The notes under the pieces were generated by a model. The model was not told the DNA's origin and searched no databases. It saw only the letters and a program-made list of their open reading frames with translations. This document shows, one piece after another, positions 12,273 through 23,929 of a DNA stretch of 64,000 bases. Numbering within the stretch: position 1 is the stretch's first letter; every line of letters begins with the position of its first letter. Where the stretch lies: the NCBI GenBank assembly GCA_964016885.1, contig OZ024741.1, forward strand, positions 136,710,001-136,774,000, in the 5' to 3' direction. This stretch comes from Eledone cirrhosa (lineage: Eukaryota). The translations under genes and the position numbers were made by a program.

Positions 12273-13883
12273 TTAATTGTAAGTTGTGATGTTGCTGTTC
12301 CACTCATATTTTCTATTTAATTTTGGTTGTAATTCTTTTATGCTTACTGCCTCTGTAATTTGCCTAAACATTGCATCTTTTCTGTGTGTGGATTCTATTT
12401 TTATTTCTATGTTCTCTAATTTACCCCTGTGCTCTATTTTAGCATGTTGGTAGAGCACAGATGATTCTTTATTATCTTGAAGGTCTCGCCAGTGTTCATT
12501 TATTCGTTCCCCTATACTACGAGCTGTCTCACCTATGTACACTATATTTTTGTTTCTACATTGTCCTTCAGGACATCTTATGCTATACACTACATTTCTA
12601 GTTTTACAGTTAATATGGCGGCTTATTTTACAGGTTATACATTTCTTATCTATACATGAGGATCTTTGGAACGGGTATGTCTTGCTAATAAGTGTTTTTA
12701 CGGAGGTACCTGGTCTTTCTACTATCTTAATATTGAGTTTATGTTTATTTAGGGCCCTTCTAAATTTGTAGGCTAGTTCGCCTCTAGGGGTTGTATTGAT
12801 GAACATTACACTCTGGTATTTATTGCTATCATACCATGAGTTTATTCTATTGGCCTTGTTCCTAGTTCTTTCTATTCTATTCCAAAATTTGCTCCTATAC
12901 AAGGGGCAGGTCCCATTTATGTCATTATTTACCATTTTTTCCCATTTGGTTCTGGCTCCTCTATACACTCTGATTCTATCTCTCTGATTGTAGCCAGAGA
13001 ACTGCATACGGTGGATGAAGTGTTGTATGTGTCTCTCTAGTTCTTCGGGGTTGCACATGCGGGACACATTTCTCATCACCCGTACCAAATCCGCAATCAG
13101 TATGTTGATTTTGGTATGGTCCGAAATGGCCGAGTTTCGGTGGATCAGATGTTTGGAAGTCATGGGTTTGGCATAATGGGAATGGAGGATTTGTTTTTGG
13201 TTGTCAATGGTATCTAACCAGAGCTCTGTGTCTAGTACAGGTAATCGATGGTTGGGGTGTCTACTTCGGCAGTCTATAGTAACTCCAATGCTCTGGTGGA
13301 TGGAGTTTGCTATTTGCTGGATGCTTTCCATTGTGTTTTTCTCTAGTTCCTGACTGTTCTCTAGTGGGGGTGTCTTAACTACGATGTTTATATCATCTAC
13401 GTAGCGGGAGTACATTATCAGGGTTAAGCTGTCTTCTAATTGTTCTTTAAGTATTTGTTTAAGTCTACTGTCCCACCATACCATGAATAAGTTAGCCATG
13501 TGGCCTGCAACGCCAACACCAATGGCTGCTCCCTCCCCTTGGGCATACGTTTTACCATTAAATTTGAACATATGTTCCTTAAGGGTTAATTTTATGCTGG
13601 CCCCTACCGCATGTGCAATCATTCTCTTCAGTTCATCGTGGTTTTCGGGTGTCCGTATGGCTCTGGTCCACCCGTTCCATCTATCTGTGTGGGTTTTCTT
13701 GGCCATTGAGGTAATGGTAGGTGGTCTGCTTCTTGCTGGTCCTGCAGGGCACAGGTTGCTAAGGTCATAAGTGTCCAGGTAACTATTACTATGGGTAAGC
13801 TTAAGTAGAAGTCCCAGCTCGCTGGTATCAATCCCACGGAACTCAACCTTGCTCTCGCTGATCATTTCTACGCATTTCTCCAT
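12273..13883 (-). CDS. 5'-truncated PLE RT + GIY-YIG (PLE3, lineage distinct from PLE1/2)
   Basis: 536-aa open frame with QGEGAAIG, RYVDD, LPVLD, CxxxxCxxC, NVVYSIRC...YIGETARS..ER..EH and RQITEAV.I....P.LN. (TA)n at 13883-13893 and ~11797. Confidence 0.9.
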   Translation of the reverse strand: MEKCVEMISESKVEFRGIDTSELGLLLKLTHSNSYLDTYDLSNLCPAGPARSRPPTITSMAKKTHTDRWNGWTRAIRTPENHDELKRMIAHAVGASIKLTLKEHMFKFNGKTYAQGEGAAIGVGVAGHMANLFMVWWDSRLKQILKEQLEDSLTLIMYSRYVDDINIVVKTPPLENSQELEKNTMESIQQIANSIHQSIGVTIDCRSRHPNHRLPVLDTELWLDTIDNQKQILHSHYAKPMTSKHLIHRNSAISDHTKINILIADLVRVMRNVSRMCNPEELERHIQHFIHRMQFSGYNQRDRIRVYRGARTKWEKMVNNDINGTCPLYRSKFWNRIERTRNKANRINSWYDSNKYQSVMFINTTPRGELAYKFRRALNKHKLNIKIVERPGTSVKTLISKTYPFQRSSCIDKKCITCKISRHINCKTRNVVYSIRCPEGQCRNKNIVYIGETARSIGERINEHWRDLQDNKESSVLYQHAKIEHRGKLENIEIKIESTHRKDAMFRQITEAVSIKELQPKLNRKYEWNSNITTYN

Positions 13884-14119
13884 ATATATATATTACTGTC
13901 ATTGTTAATACTATAGATGTTGACTTTGGAAAGAGTTGCTACAATTGAAGCTGTTCGTGTGTTACTGTTTAGATTTATCGTTGTTGTTGTTTTCATAAGG
14001 TTTGATCGTTGACCGAGTGGTGATGGGGATGGTGGTGGCAGTTGATGTTGTTGTTTGGCTTTTTATCGTTTGTGCCGCAGTTGCTGTAGACGTTGGTGTT
14101 GAAACAATCAGGCTGGATA

Positions 14120-14340
14120 CCCGATCTCGCGGTTAAATCACTGGGAGTGAAGGACCCCTAGCCCTTGTCATGGCATTCTTCTAGGAGAAGGCAACTCAGG
14201 AATCTGGGATAACTCCGACATAAAAACTGCGGCTCAGTAGTTACCGATGATGTTGATCTTTTCTTATCTTATTTTCGGGTTATAGCTACTGTCCCTCAGA
14301 GAGTGAGATTGGCTCAGTGCAGTCTTTCCTCACTTTAAAA
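14120..14340 (+). mobile_element. RTE-type 5' UTR fragment
   Basis: Shares aaatcactgggag...tgtca.ggca...ctaggagaagg with 4500-4610. Confidence 0.4.
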
Positions 14341-14479
14341 ATAATAGCATTAATTAATAATTATTAATAGTGTTATTATTTCTTCTTCTTCTTCTTCTTC
14401 TTCTTCTTCTTCTTCTTCTTCTTCTTCTTCTTCTTCTTCTTCTTCTTCTTCTTCTTCTTCTACTGATTTGCTGGCTGTA

Positions 14480-17400
14480 GCCTTAAAACGCGACCAATTC
14501 ATTGATGTTCCAAAACAATATAAAAGAGATAATTGGCAATAAGGGCAGGGGCCCCAGGGTATCACAGCCTGGGCTCGCTCGTCATCGTGCCACTGTGATA
14601 GAACCAAATAAGGCATTTAATATTGGCTGCTGGAACGTACGGACACAGCTTGACAGGGATTCCTCCGAACATGCTGAACGAAGGACCGCTCTTGTTGCAA
14701 AGGAGCTTCATCATTACGATCTTGACATCGTGGGCTTATCTGAGATGAGGTTAGCTGGAGATGGTCATCTTACAGACTGCTCTTGTGGATAAATTGGAAG
14801 AATTCCCAGTGGAGATTAGCGATCGTCTTATGTCCATGAGAATTCCGCTGAACAAAGGAAGATATGCGACCCTGGTGAGTGTGTATGCTCCAGCTATGAA
14901 TTCTGTTGATGAAGAAAAAGTGTCCTTCTACCATGTCTTGAAAGGTGTTTTAAGACATATCCCTCAGGCAGAAAAGGTCATCGTGCTTGGTGACTTTAAT
15001 GCTAGAGTGGGTAGGGATTTTAAGACATGGAATGTAATCGGAAGGCATGCAGTGGGGAAAGTATACAGCAATAGTATGCTCCTGCTGCAGATGTACGAAG
15101 AGCTGGATCTGTGGGTTACCAGCACCATGTTCCAGCAAAAAAAACAAATTTAAGACCACATAGATGCATCCTGCATCTAAGGAATGGCATCTTTTAGACT
15201 ACGTCCTTATCAGGGTGCGCGACAGACGGGATGTGCAGTGTGTTCGTGTTCTTCGTGGGGCTGAGTGTTGGACGGACTACCGCCTGGTACTTGCAAAAGT
15301 GAAACTAATCACGAAACATAAAATCCGGGATCCTGGTGTTACCCTGCCTAGGAGATGAATGCTGCTCGTCTTAGAGATAATAGTGTGACGAGGACATTGC
15401 TAGAAGAGATGCATGTTGCAGATTTTGGTGAGGATTGGCTGACCCTTAAAAAGTCGGGTTATGATTTAGGCAGGCGTGTTCTGAGATTAGTGCAGAGAAA
15501 GCATCAACACTGGTTTAATGAAAATGAACATATAGATGAATTGTTGGCTGATAAGAGGCGTGCTCTGTCACGCTACTTGGCAGCAAACCCACAGGAGAAG
15601 AATATGTTGCATAAGGAACTCAAGGATGTGAAATCACGTGTGAGGGGGAGGCTTTCTCAGATGAAGGATAAGTGTTGGAGTGAGAAGGCTGATGAGATAC
15701 AAGCTGCATCAGATTCCAATAACACACAGCTGTTGTACAGTCTCTTGGGTGAAGTTTATGGACCGTCTTCTCTGGTGACACCGCTTCGCAGCAAGGATGG
15801 CAAGGAACTTCTTCGTGATTCACAAGGAATTCTGCGAACGTGGCGAGAGCACTTTGATGAACTTTTGAATCAGCCGTCTGTCGTCAATGAAGATTTCTTC
15901 AATCTCATTCCTGAAAAACCTGTGAAAGTAGCTCTCGCAGAACCACCGACGTTTGAGGAGGTTGCAGTAGCTATCTTGAAGCTGAACAGTGGAAAGTCTC
16001 CAGGTATGGATGGCATACATGCAGAGCTCTTACAATATGGTGGTGAGAGGCTTCTGCGACATTTTCACTCTTTGTTTGGCAGGATATGGGCTAGTGAATC
16101 CGTACCTGAGGACTGGAGAGATGCAGTAATGGTAGTCTTGTACAAGGGACAGAGAGACAAGAATGATTGTGGAAACTAAGGGGTATATCATTGCTTTCTG
16201 TCGTAGGAAAATGTTTATCTAGGGTGCTTCTGGACCGTCTGCTGACGCACATTGCAGATTGTGTTCTTCCTGAAAGTCAATCTGGTTTTCGTGCTGGACG
16301 CGGCACTACTGATATGATCTTCTCAGCTAAACAGCTCCAGGAGAAGTGCATGGAACAAGTTTTGGATCTGTATCAGGTTTTTGTCGATCTGACAAAAACC
16401 TTCGATACTGTTAACAGAAATGCATTGTGGAAGGTTCTCCTGAAACTTGGTTGCCCTGATAAGTTCCTTGCTTTGGTTAGGTCTTTCCATGACGACATGA
16501 AGGCTTGAGTTAATGTCAGAGGTAACATGTCAGAGCCTATCTCAGTGGAAAATGGAGTGAAACGGGGCTATTCCAGCACCGACCCTGTTTGCCATATACT
16601 TTGCAATGGTTTTCTATATTGCATTCAAGAATTGCAAGCATAGTGTTTACATCCAATATCGAACCTCGGGCAGCATATTTAACATCAGGCGCTTTGCTGC
16701 AAAAGCAAAACTATTTACATCAATCATAAGAGACCTCTTGTATGCAAATGATTATGATCTTGTATCGCACACAGAGATTGATTTTCAGCACATTTTGAAT
16801 GCATTTTCTGATGCTTGCACTGCCTAGGATTGACTGTCAGTCTCAAAGAAACCGTCGCCATGTACCAACCTGCCACTGGTAGGTAGTACAGTGAACCAAA
16901 TATCTATGTGTATGGTAAACGACTTGGAATGGTTGATCAGTTTGTCTACCTGGGAAGCACTGTCAATTGATACAGCAATCTTGATAATGAAATTCCACTC
17001 AGGTTTGAGAAAGCAAGTGATGCTTTCGGAAAGCTAGAAAGGCGCCTCTGGGGTCGGCGAAACATATGCAAGAAAACAAAGATAAAGGTGTACAAGGCAT
17101 GTGTGCTCTCTTCTCTTCTTTATGCCTGCGAGACCTGGTCACATATCGACACCACCTTAAACAATTGAAGCGTTTCCATCAGATGTGTCTCAGACGGATC
17201 CATGGCGTTCACTGGAGGGACCACATCAGTGATGTCGAGATTTTGAAAAGCTCTGTGTGAAAGTATAGAAGCTCTTGTGCTTAAGCAAAGACTCCGATAG
17301 AGTAGTGACCTTGCCAGGATGAAGGATTCTAGAATACCGAAAAAACTCTTTTATGGAGAGTTAGTTAAAGAAAAACGGCCTCCACCTAAACCAAAAAGAA

Positions 17401-17880
17401 GTATAAGGATTTGTTGTAAGCCTCTTTGAAAGACGCTAACATCTTTGCTGATACATGGGAAAGCGTAGCTGCTGATCGTAATAAATGGAGAAAGAATGTA
17501 CGTGAGGGGAAAGTTGCTTTTGAAGCATCTCGAATCGGATACGAGAAAGTAAAAAGGGATGTGAGCGAAGCTTGTTCTATGGTTCTGACATGCAGGGTCT
17601 GAGCGAGACTCTGCCTTAGCAAATCTGGACTTGAAAGTCATCTTCGCAGTCATAAAGTGAGACCAGTGGTTGACTACCAGGCTGCTGTTGGAGGTGCTAC
17701 TCATCATGCCTGACAAGTATGTGGAAGTGAGTGTAGATCAGCAGGAGGGTTTAAACGACATGCAAAAGTATATGAAATCCAACCACAGCCGGCTATTGCC
17801 AGTGAATGTTTTGGTTACCAACTCTGTGCAAGACATTTTAGATCATTGGCTGGGCTAAAACCACATTCGATCGCAGCACC
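14480..17880 (+). mobile_element. Degenerate RTE-clade LINE (APE + RT + C-terminal zinc fingers)
   Basis: [51 protein letters not shown], degenerate YAND, FVYLGS. Many stops and frameshifts. Confidence 0.92.
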
Positions 17881-18063
17881 GTGAATTTTTATTGTGTGTG
17901 TGTGTGTATATATATATGTGTGTGTGTGGGTCTGTGTGTGTGTGTATGTGTGTGTATGTGTGTATGTATATGTACGTGTGTGTGTATGTATATATGTGTG
18001 GGTGTGTATATATATATATATATTATTGTTGTATTGCTATTATTATTAATATTATTATCATCC

Positions 18064-18250
18064 AGGTGGTGGATTGGCAGTATCGGTAGAGGGTCGGACG
18101 CCATGCTTTCCAGCATAGTTACGTCCCTTTACGATCTGAGTTCAAATCCCGCCGAGGTTGACTTTGCCTTTCATCCTTACGGGGTCGATAAAATAAAGTA
18201 CCAGTAATGCACTGTGTAATTGCTGGCCTTGTGCCTAAAGTAGAAACAAT
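18064..18250 (+). mobile_element. tRNA-derived SINE family S1
   Basis: ggtggattggcagtatcggtagag (A-box-like)...gagttcaaatccc (B-box-like)...gataaaataaagtaccagt; more than 15 copies in the window. Confidence 0.85.
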
Positions 18251-18284
18251 TATTATTATTATCATTATTATTATTATTATTGTT

Positions 18285-18788
18285 CTTTGAGTCTCAGTCA
18301 TTGGTGTTATTTAACTGGAAAGTTTGTTGAAATGAATATCAAGCCACTACCTGCAACCTCAGATATTCAGGACGTATCGGAGGGTTCTTCTGTTCCCAGC
18401 AAGCATGCCTTTTGAAGTGTTCCAAAAAGCGGGGCGGGACCAATTTTCTTTAACCATCCTTGGAAACTTTTTGAGATAGTACCTAGTGCGCCTATGACAA
18501 TCGGGACCACTTTGACTTCATGGCAGTTCCAAATCCTTTTTACCTCTCACTTTAAGTCCTGGTATCGGTTAATGTTCTCCCTCTCCTTCTCTTGCACTCT
18601 CGTGTCGAATGGGCAGGCTACATCCACAATCAGGTACGATCTTTTCCCTTGTCCAAAACCACCAGGTCAGGTCTATTGTGTTCCAGTTTCTTGTCCGTCT
18701 GTATCCTAAAATCCTACAGCACCTTCACCTGATCGTTTTCCATCACCGACTCTGGCTTATGCGCATACCACTTCTCAGAATGGGGTAA
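18285..18788 (-). mobile_element. R4/Dong LINE 5'-truncated 3' fragment between (TAA)n runs
   Basis: KWYAHKPESVMEND.VKVL.DF.IQTD..LEHNRPDLVV RLE region; (TAA)n at ~18250-18280 and 18789-18848. Confidence 0.8.
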
Positions 18789-18850
<62 letters not shown>

Positions 18851-18993
18851 AGTTGCATTTATCTTGCTTTATGTTCATACGAGTTATCACCAAGTCACAA
18901 CCAGTGACCTCAAGAGACAACAAGGTCCGCCATGTTCAAGAAAGAACATACATACTCACACATGCATCTTTAGTGTTTAGACTTGTGATGTAC

Positions 18994-21630
18994 TTATATT
19001 GACAGAATCTTCCTTAGTATATGGGCAGTTCCCATTAGTACTATCTTTTGTATTTCTCCTATACGCGGGTTTCCTGGGATTTGCGATAAGTAATCATTAG
19101 ACCCCTTAGGTATCATTCCCAGAGCGCCTACAACCACTGGTATTGTTTTAGTTCTCAATTTCCACATTTTTCCAATTTCTATCTCCAGGTCCTTATACTT
19201 GCTCAATTTTTCAAATGTTTTTATAGATACATTCTTGTCTATTGGAACAGACATATCAATTAGCAGGCATATCCTCTTTTTGAAGTCCTTCAATATTATA
19301 TCAGGTCTATTTGCATCTATTTTTCGGTTTGTTTGGATGCTAAAGTTCCACAAGATTGAGATGTGATCTTTTTCAAGTATGGGAGGTGGTTGATGCTCCC
19401 ACCAATTCTTTTGATGGGGCAGGTCAAAATGCTTACACATTATCCAATGTATGTATTGTGCAGCTCTGTCATGCCTGTTTAGATATTCGGTTGGAGCTAT
19501 AGGACTGCACATTGAAATTATATGGTCAATGGTCTCTGGTTGTTTTTTGCATACACGGCATAATGGGCTGCATCCATTTTTTATTATGTTGGCTTGGTAA
19601 TTGTTTGTTGGCAGACACTGATCTTGTGCTGATATAATCAGTCCTTCAGTCTCCGATTTCAGTCCAGAGGATGCCAACCACTGATGGGTTAAAGTTTTGT
19701 CAACATCAGGATTGTTAGCTCGCTCTGGGTATTTTCCATACAGAGGCTTTTCTTGCCATTTCTTAGCCAGTTTCTGTAGCAGTTCTTTCTTTGCAGTTAC
19801 TTTTACCTGCTTTTCTTTTTCTGTGTTTTCCATTTCAGCAGTAAATGGGACTTCTGAAATTTGTAGTCCATTACTGTATCTTTGTGCATCTTTTGTAATG
19901 GAATATGATCTTTTGATGCTTTCGTGTTTCAAAACGAGTTTGATCATCCAATCATGTGATTCCCTAAGATATGTAGATAATCCAATTGTTGCAGTTTTCA
20001 ACGCAATGTCTAACTGGATTAACCCACGTCCTCCTTCTTTCCTAGGGAGATATATTCTATCTATATCTGCCTTAGGGTGATGCATTCTGTGCATGGTTAA
20101 GAGTTTTCGAATTTTTGTATCGAGCCTACGGATCTCTGTGCTTGACCAGTTGATGACATTGTAACTGTAGGTTACTACTGGTATGGCAAGCGTGTTTATG
20201 GCATCGATCCTATTCCTTGCATTCAATTCCGTTCTTAAGATTGCTCTTACTCTGCGGTAACATTCCTTCCTTATCCTTTCCCTCATTGTCGAGTGCTTGA
20301 TTCCGTCTCCTTCACAAACACCTAGATATTTGTAAGTTTTTTCTTGATCAAGTTCTCTTATCACGTTCCCCCGATCAAGATTAATGTCTGAACTCTTCAG
20401 CAGCTTTCCTCTGGTGAACGTTGCTTTGGCGCATTTGTCTAGTCCAAACTCTATTTTAATGTCATCACTGAACTGCTCCACAGTGGATAATAGCCCTTGC
20501 AATTGTTCATCATTTTTTGCAAATAGTTTCAGGTCATCCATGTAGAACAAGTGATTAATGGTTTTGTCAAAGACTTTATATCCATGTTTTGTTTCATTGA
20601 GCATTTTACTTAATGGTATAAGTGCGATGCAGAATAAAAGCGGTGATAAAGAGTCACCCTGAAAAATTCCACAATTAATATTAACTTCTCCAGCTTCCAG
20701 TGATTTTGTTTCACTATTCAAAAGGAGTGTCGTTTTCCATGTCTTCATACTGAATGACAAAAACCTCCTGACAACGGGGGATATTTTGAAAATCTCTAAA
20801 CATTTTTCAATCCAACTGTGTGGCAAACTATCGAATGCTTTTTTATAATCTATCCAAGCAATCGATAGATTTTTGTGTCTATTATGACAATCTTCCAGTA
20901 TCATTTTGTTAACCAGAAGCTGATCCTTACAGCCATATGAGCCTCGTTTACACCCTTTCTGCTCAATGGGAAATAGGTCATTTGTTATCAGGTGGTCATA
21001 TGTGTATTCAGTTAGGACTGATGTTAAAATTTTATACATTGTGGTCAAGCAAGTTATCGGTCTGTAATTTTTGGGATTGTTTGTCTCATCATTCTTCGGA
21101 AGCAGGAATGTAATGCCGTTAACTAGCCATGATGGTATCTTTTCTGGCTCCTTAACTATTTCATTGTAAAGTTGGGCTAACAGCTCATGAGACTCTGTGA
21201 AGGCATTTATCCAAAAGTTTTGTATTTTGTCTTTTCCTGGGGATTTCCATTTGCTGGTTTTTCTTATAGCCAAGCGCAACTGTTCAACTGTTATATTTTC
21301 CCATATTTGTTCCTCAAGGTGAGCTGTATCTTTCATTTGTCTGTCTATCCATGTGGCATGTATGTTATGAACTTTTTCTTCGGCCCAGATCTTTTCCCAG
21401 AATTCTTGCACTTCCTCCTTGGGTGGTATTGATTTAGCAGTTATTGTTGACTTACCAATTTTTCTGTAGAAGTTTCTTTGGTTGTTTTTGAACATATTAT
21501 TGTCCTTATAGAATCTAGATCGTTTTTCAAAGCGCCTTATACGAGCAGCTTTGGCCGACACTTTTTGTTTGATTATTTCTATCAGCATGTCTATGTCACT
21601 TGTTGATTTTATACTGTACTTTTTTTTCAA
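18994..21630 (-). CDS. Dong/R4 RT + CCHC knuckle + restriction-like endonuclease
   Basis: 878 aa with WIDYKKAFDS, GIFQGDSLSP, YMDDLK, YKYLG, CRVC...HIISMC...RHD, RPDII...IDMSVP...KLSKY. Confidence 0.95.
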   Translation of the reverse strand: MKKKYSIKSTSDIDMLIEIIKQKVSAKAARIRRFEKRSRFYKDNNMFKNNQRNFYRKIGKSTITAKSIPPKEEVQEFWEKIWAEEKVHNIHATWIDRQMKDTAHLEEQIWENITVEQLRLAIRKTSKWKSPGKDKIQNFWINAFTESHELLAQLYNEIVKEPEKIPSWLVNGITFLLPKNDETNNPKNYRPITCLTTMYKILTSVLTEYTYDHLITNDLFPIEQKGCKRGSYGCKDQLLVNKMILEDCHNRHKNLSIAWIDYKKAFDSLPHSWIEKCLEIFKISPVVRRFLSFSMKTWKTTLLLNSETKSLEAGEVNINCGIFQGDSLSPLLFCIALIPLSKMLNETKHGYKVFDKTINHLFYMDDLKLFAKNDEQLQGLLSTVEQFSDDIKIEFGLDKCAKATFTRGKLLKSSDINLDRGNVIRELDQEKTYKYLGVCEGDGIKHSTMRERIRKECYRRVRAILRTELNARNRIDAINTLAIPVVTYSYNVINWSSTEIRRLDTKIRKLLTMHRMHHPKADIDRIYLPRKEGGRGLIQLDIALKTATIGLSTYLRESHDWMIKLVLKHESIKRSYSITKDAQRYSNGLQISEVPFTAEMENTEKEKQVKVTAKKELLQKLAKKWQEKPLYGKYPERANNPDVDKTLTHQWLASSGLKSETEGLIISAQDQCLPTNNYQANIIKNGCSPLCRVCKKQPETIDHIISMCSPIAPTEYLNRHDRAAQYIHWIMCKHFDLPHQKNWWEHQPPPILEKDHISILWNFSIQTNRKIDANRPDIILKDFKKRICLLIDMSVPIDKNVSIKTFEKLSKYKDLEIEIGKMWKLRTKTIPVVVGALGMIPKGSNDYLSQIPGNPRIGEIQKIVLMGTAHILRKILSI

Positions 21631-21691
21631 TTTTCTAAGTTTAGTTTGTTTAACATGTTCACCTACTTTATAGTTTGTTAAAATTTCTATG

Positions 21692-22468
21692 TCAGATCGG
21701 AGAAGGTTTATTTGGCGATTGATGTTCTCTTGCCAAGTAGATTTCTTGTGGGAGGGAATTCCTTTGTTTTTTCATCTTCACTCCACATAAGTGAGTGGTG
21801 ACTTTAGCCGATGCATAATAGAGATGATTTAAATCAGTAATGTTTAGTTTGTTTGTGATGATAATGTTTTTGAGAATTATGTTAGTCTTGTGTATTATCT
21901 TTTGGTTCTGTTTGGAGTTCTGGATCTTAGGGAGGGTGTCTCGTTGCCCCATGTCAGATTCTTTCATTTTCATCCATTCGATCATAATTTCATCCTTGAA
22001 GTTGGCAAGTTCATTCTCATTCATTTCTTTATCATTTACGATCTCATTATTTTCATTTGGAGTTTCATCTTGAGCATGCACTCCCTCCACTTTTTCGATC
22101 CTTTCTTTAATTTGTTCTGTTGCCAGTGATTCCGCCCCAACCCTGGGATTCGAAGTGTTACAATTTACCTCGTTTTCACTGACACATGTTTCATTTTCCC
22201 TTCGCTGACTTTGTGCTAATAGCTTGATCTGATCAATTTCTATATCAGTTAGTAACTTTTTTCTTACAATATTTCTTCGTATATTGGCTAGTTTGTTGCT
22301 GTCAATATAGCCTCTGTTTTCGGGATGCTTCTTTTTCCAGTTGATATATGTCTGTTCTGTATTCGATGTATTTGATGGGTAGTACATGGCAGTGTAGAAA
22401 GCCTCAAGGACTTCTTTATTATCTTCCCTTGACCATTTTTCTCTCTTTTTCTTTGGATTGGTGAGCAT
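21692..22468 (-). CDS. N-terminal part of the same Dong ORF (frameshifted)
   Basis: KREKWSREDNKEVLEAFY N-terminal motif typical of R4/Dong; frame differs by 1 nt from the downstream ORF. Confidence 0.75.
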   Translation of the reverse strand: MLTNPKKKREKWSREDNKEVLEAFYTAMYYPSNTSNTEQTYINWKKKHPENRGYIDSNKLANIRRNIVRKKLLTDIEIDQIKLLAQSQRRENETCVSENEVNCNTSNPRVGAESLATEQIKERIEKVEGVHAQDETPNENNEIVNDKEMNENELANFKDEIMIEWMKMKESDMGQRDTLPKIQNSKQNQKIIHKTNIILKNIIITNKLNITDLNHLYYASAKVTTHLCGVKMKKQRNSLPQEIYLAREHQSPNKPSPI

Positions 22469-23795
22469 GGAGGGCCAACAGTAGGAGTATTCCGGTTATG
22501 GGAGGTCTCCAGCTCCGAAGTGATGGGAAGGTTTGAACCATTAGCTGATTTTTCGACCCCAGTCTGGTTCCTCTCTGAGGGACGCGGCCCTTTTTTACCC
22601 GGGTGACGGCCGATCCGGTATGAGATTTTATCATTAGACATTTACTTTATTTTGTCGCGTTTTATCCTTATCCGCCAAGATGTAATCATTTCGTGTTACC
22701 ATTTCTAGAACGAGTGTCAACCAAGACTAGAGGGGTGGTTCTCCCCTAGAGACAAGGCTATTCCCCGCCGGCCGCCATCCCGGTATTTCTTGGTCACGAG
22801 GTTTTCTTTTTGTTGTTTTTTTTAAATTGTTATTATCATGAGTGGTTCCTTAATGTGAGCATTGCGTGGCTTAAGAATGAAATTATTAATAATTGTCTCC
22901 ACTCCAGGCACAAGGCCAGCAATCACCCAGTGCATTACAATAATATAATATACTTTTTGCTGAAGTTGCCTGATATTTTTGCTGGCTATGTCGGTGGTGG
23001 TGCTGGGGATTTTTATATTGTTGGTGAGGAAGGGGTGAGCTAGCAGTGCCATAGTTGTTGATGTTGACGTTTGGCCGGTGGCCAGGTCACTAAGTCAATC
23101 TATTTATATCTTTTGCTAGCTTCTCCCTTGTCTAGTGATACCGCCACCTTCCCCTTTCTCTCTCAAGTTAACAGGGAATAGTGGTGGTAGCAATGAAGGA
23201 GAGGTGGCGGCGGTGATGGGATAGTGGTAGCAATGATGGATGGGGTGGGGTGGTGACGGCGGTGGCTTTGACGTTACTGAGTTTTGTGATATGTAGTATA
23301 TATGAGTGTGTGTCGCGTATGTTTAATATATATTGTGTTGACATATTCCCGTAAAATTGGGATTAAACATTTTTTTAAAAACTTGAGACAATAATAATAG
23401 TAATTATTATTATGATGCTGGGATTGGTGGTGGTGGTGGTGAAATTGCCGTTATCTGGCTGTTATATTTAGTGTGATGGGGTAGGTGGTGTATCAAGTTC
23501 CTGGTGTTGGTGAAATTGCTGTTATTTGGCTGTTCTATATAGTGTAGACAGAGGGTGTTTTCTTCCATTTATAACCATTTTCTTTTTTGAATGCAAAATA
23601 TATAATACAAAATTGAATATTTGAGCGATATAACAATATAATATGGATCCGAAATTTTATGGGACTTGACTCGATGGTTTATGCAACATTTGTACTAAGA
23701 ATTGTTATTTCACAATTGATTTAAATATGTTAAACATCAAAAACTTACGGGAGCGATTTCATGACCTTCTACCACCTCGTGCATCTTCTTCCCTC

Positions 23796-23857
<62 letters not shown>

Positions 23858-23929
23858 TTCGTGCAATGGCCATACTCGATAACGAAGGGGCAACCATCAT
23901 GCATGAATTATTGTATGTATGTATGTATG

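Larger units (their letters stand above)
18849..22810 (-). mobile_element. Near-intact full-length R4/Dong-clade non-LTR retrotransposon with 3' end in (TAA)n
   Basis: N-terminal ORF 21692..22468 plus RT-RLE ORF 18994..21630, separated by one frameshift; 3' UTR runs into (TAA)n. Confidence 0.93.

Noticed and set aside
22700-22810. Possible HDV-like ribozyme at the Dong 5' end (also the RTE 5' end near 24090-24160)
   Set aside because: GC-rich hairpins are present, but I could not assign the nested double pseudoknot by eye.
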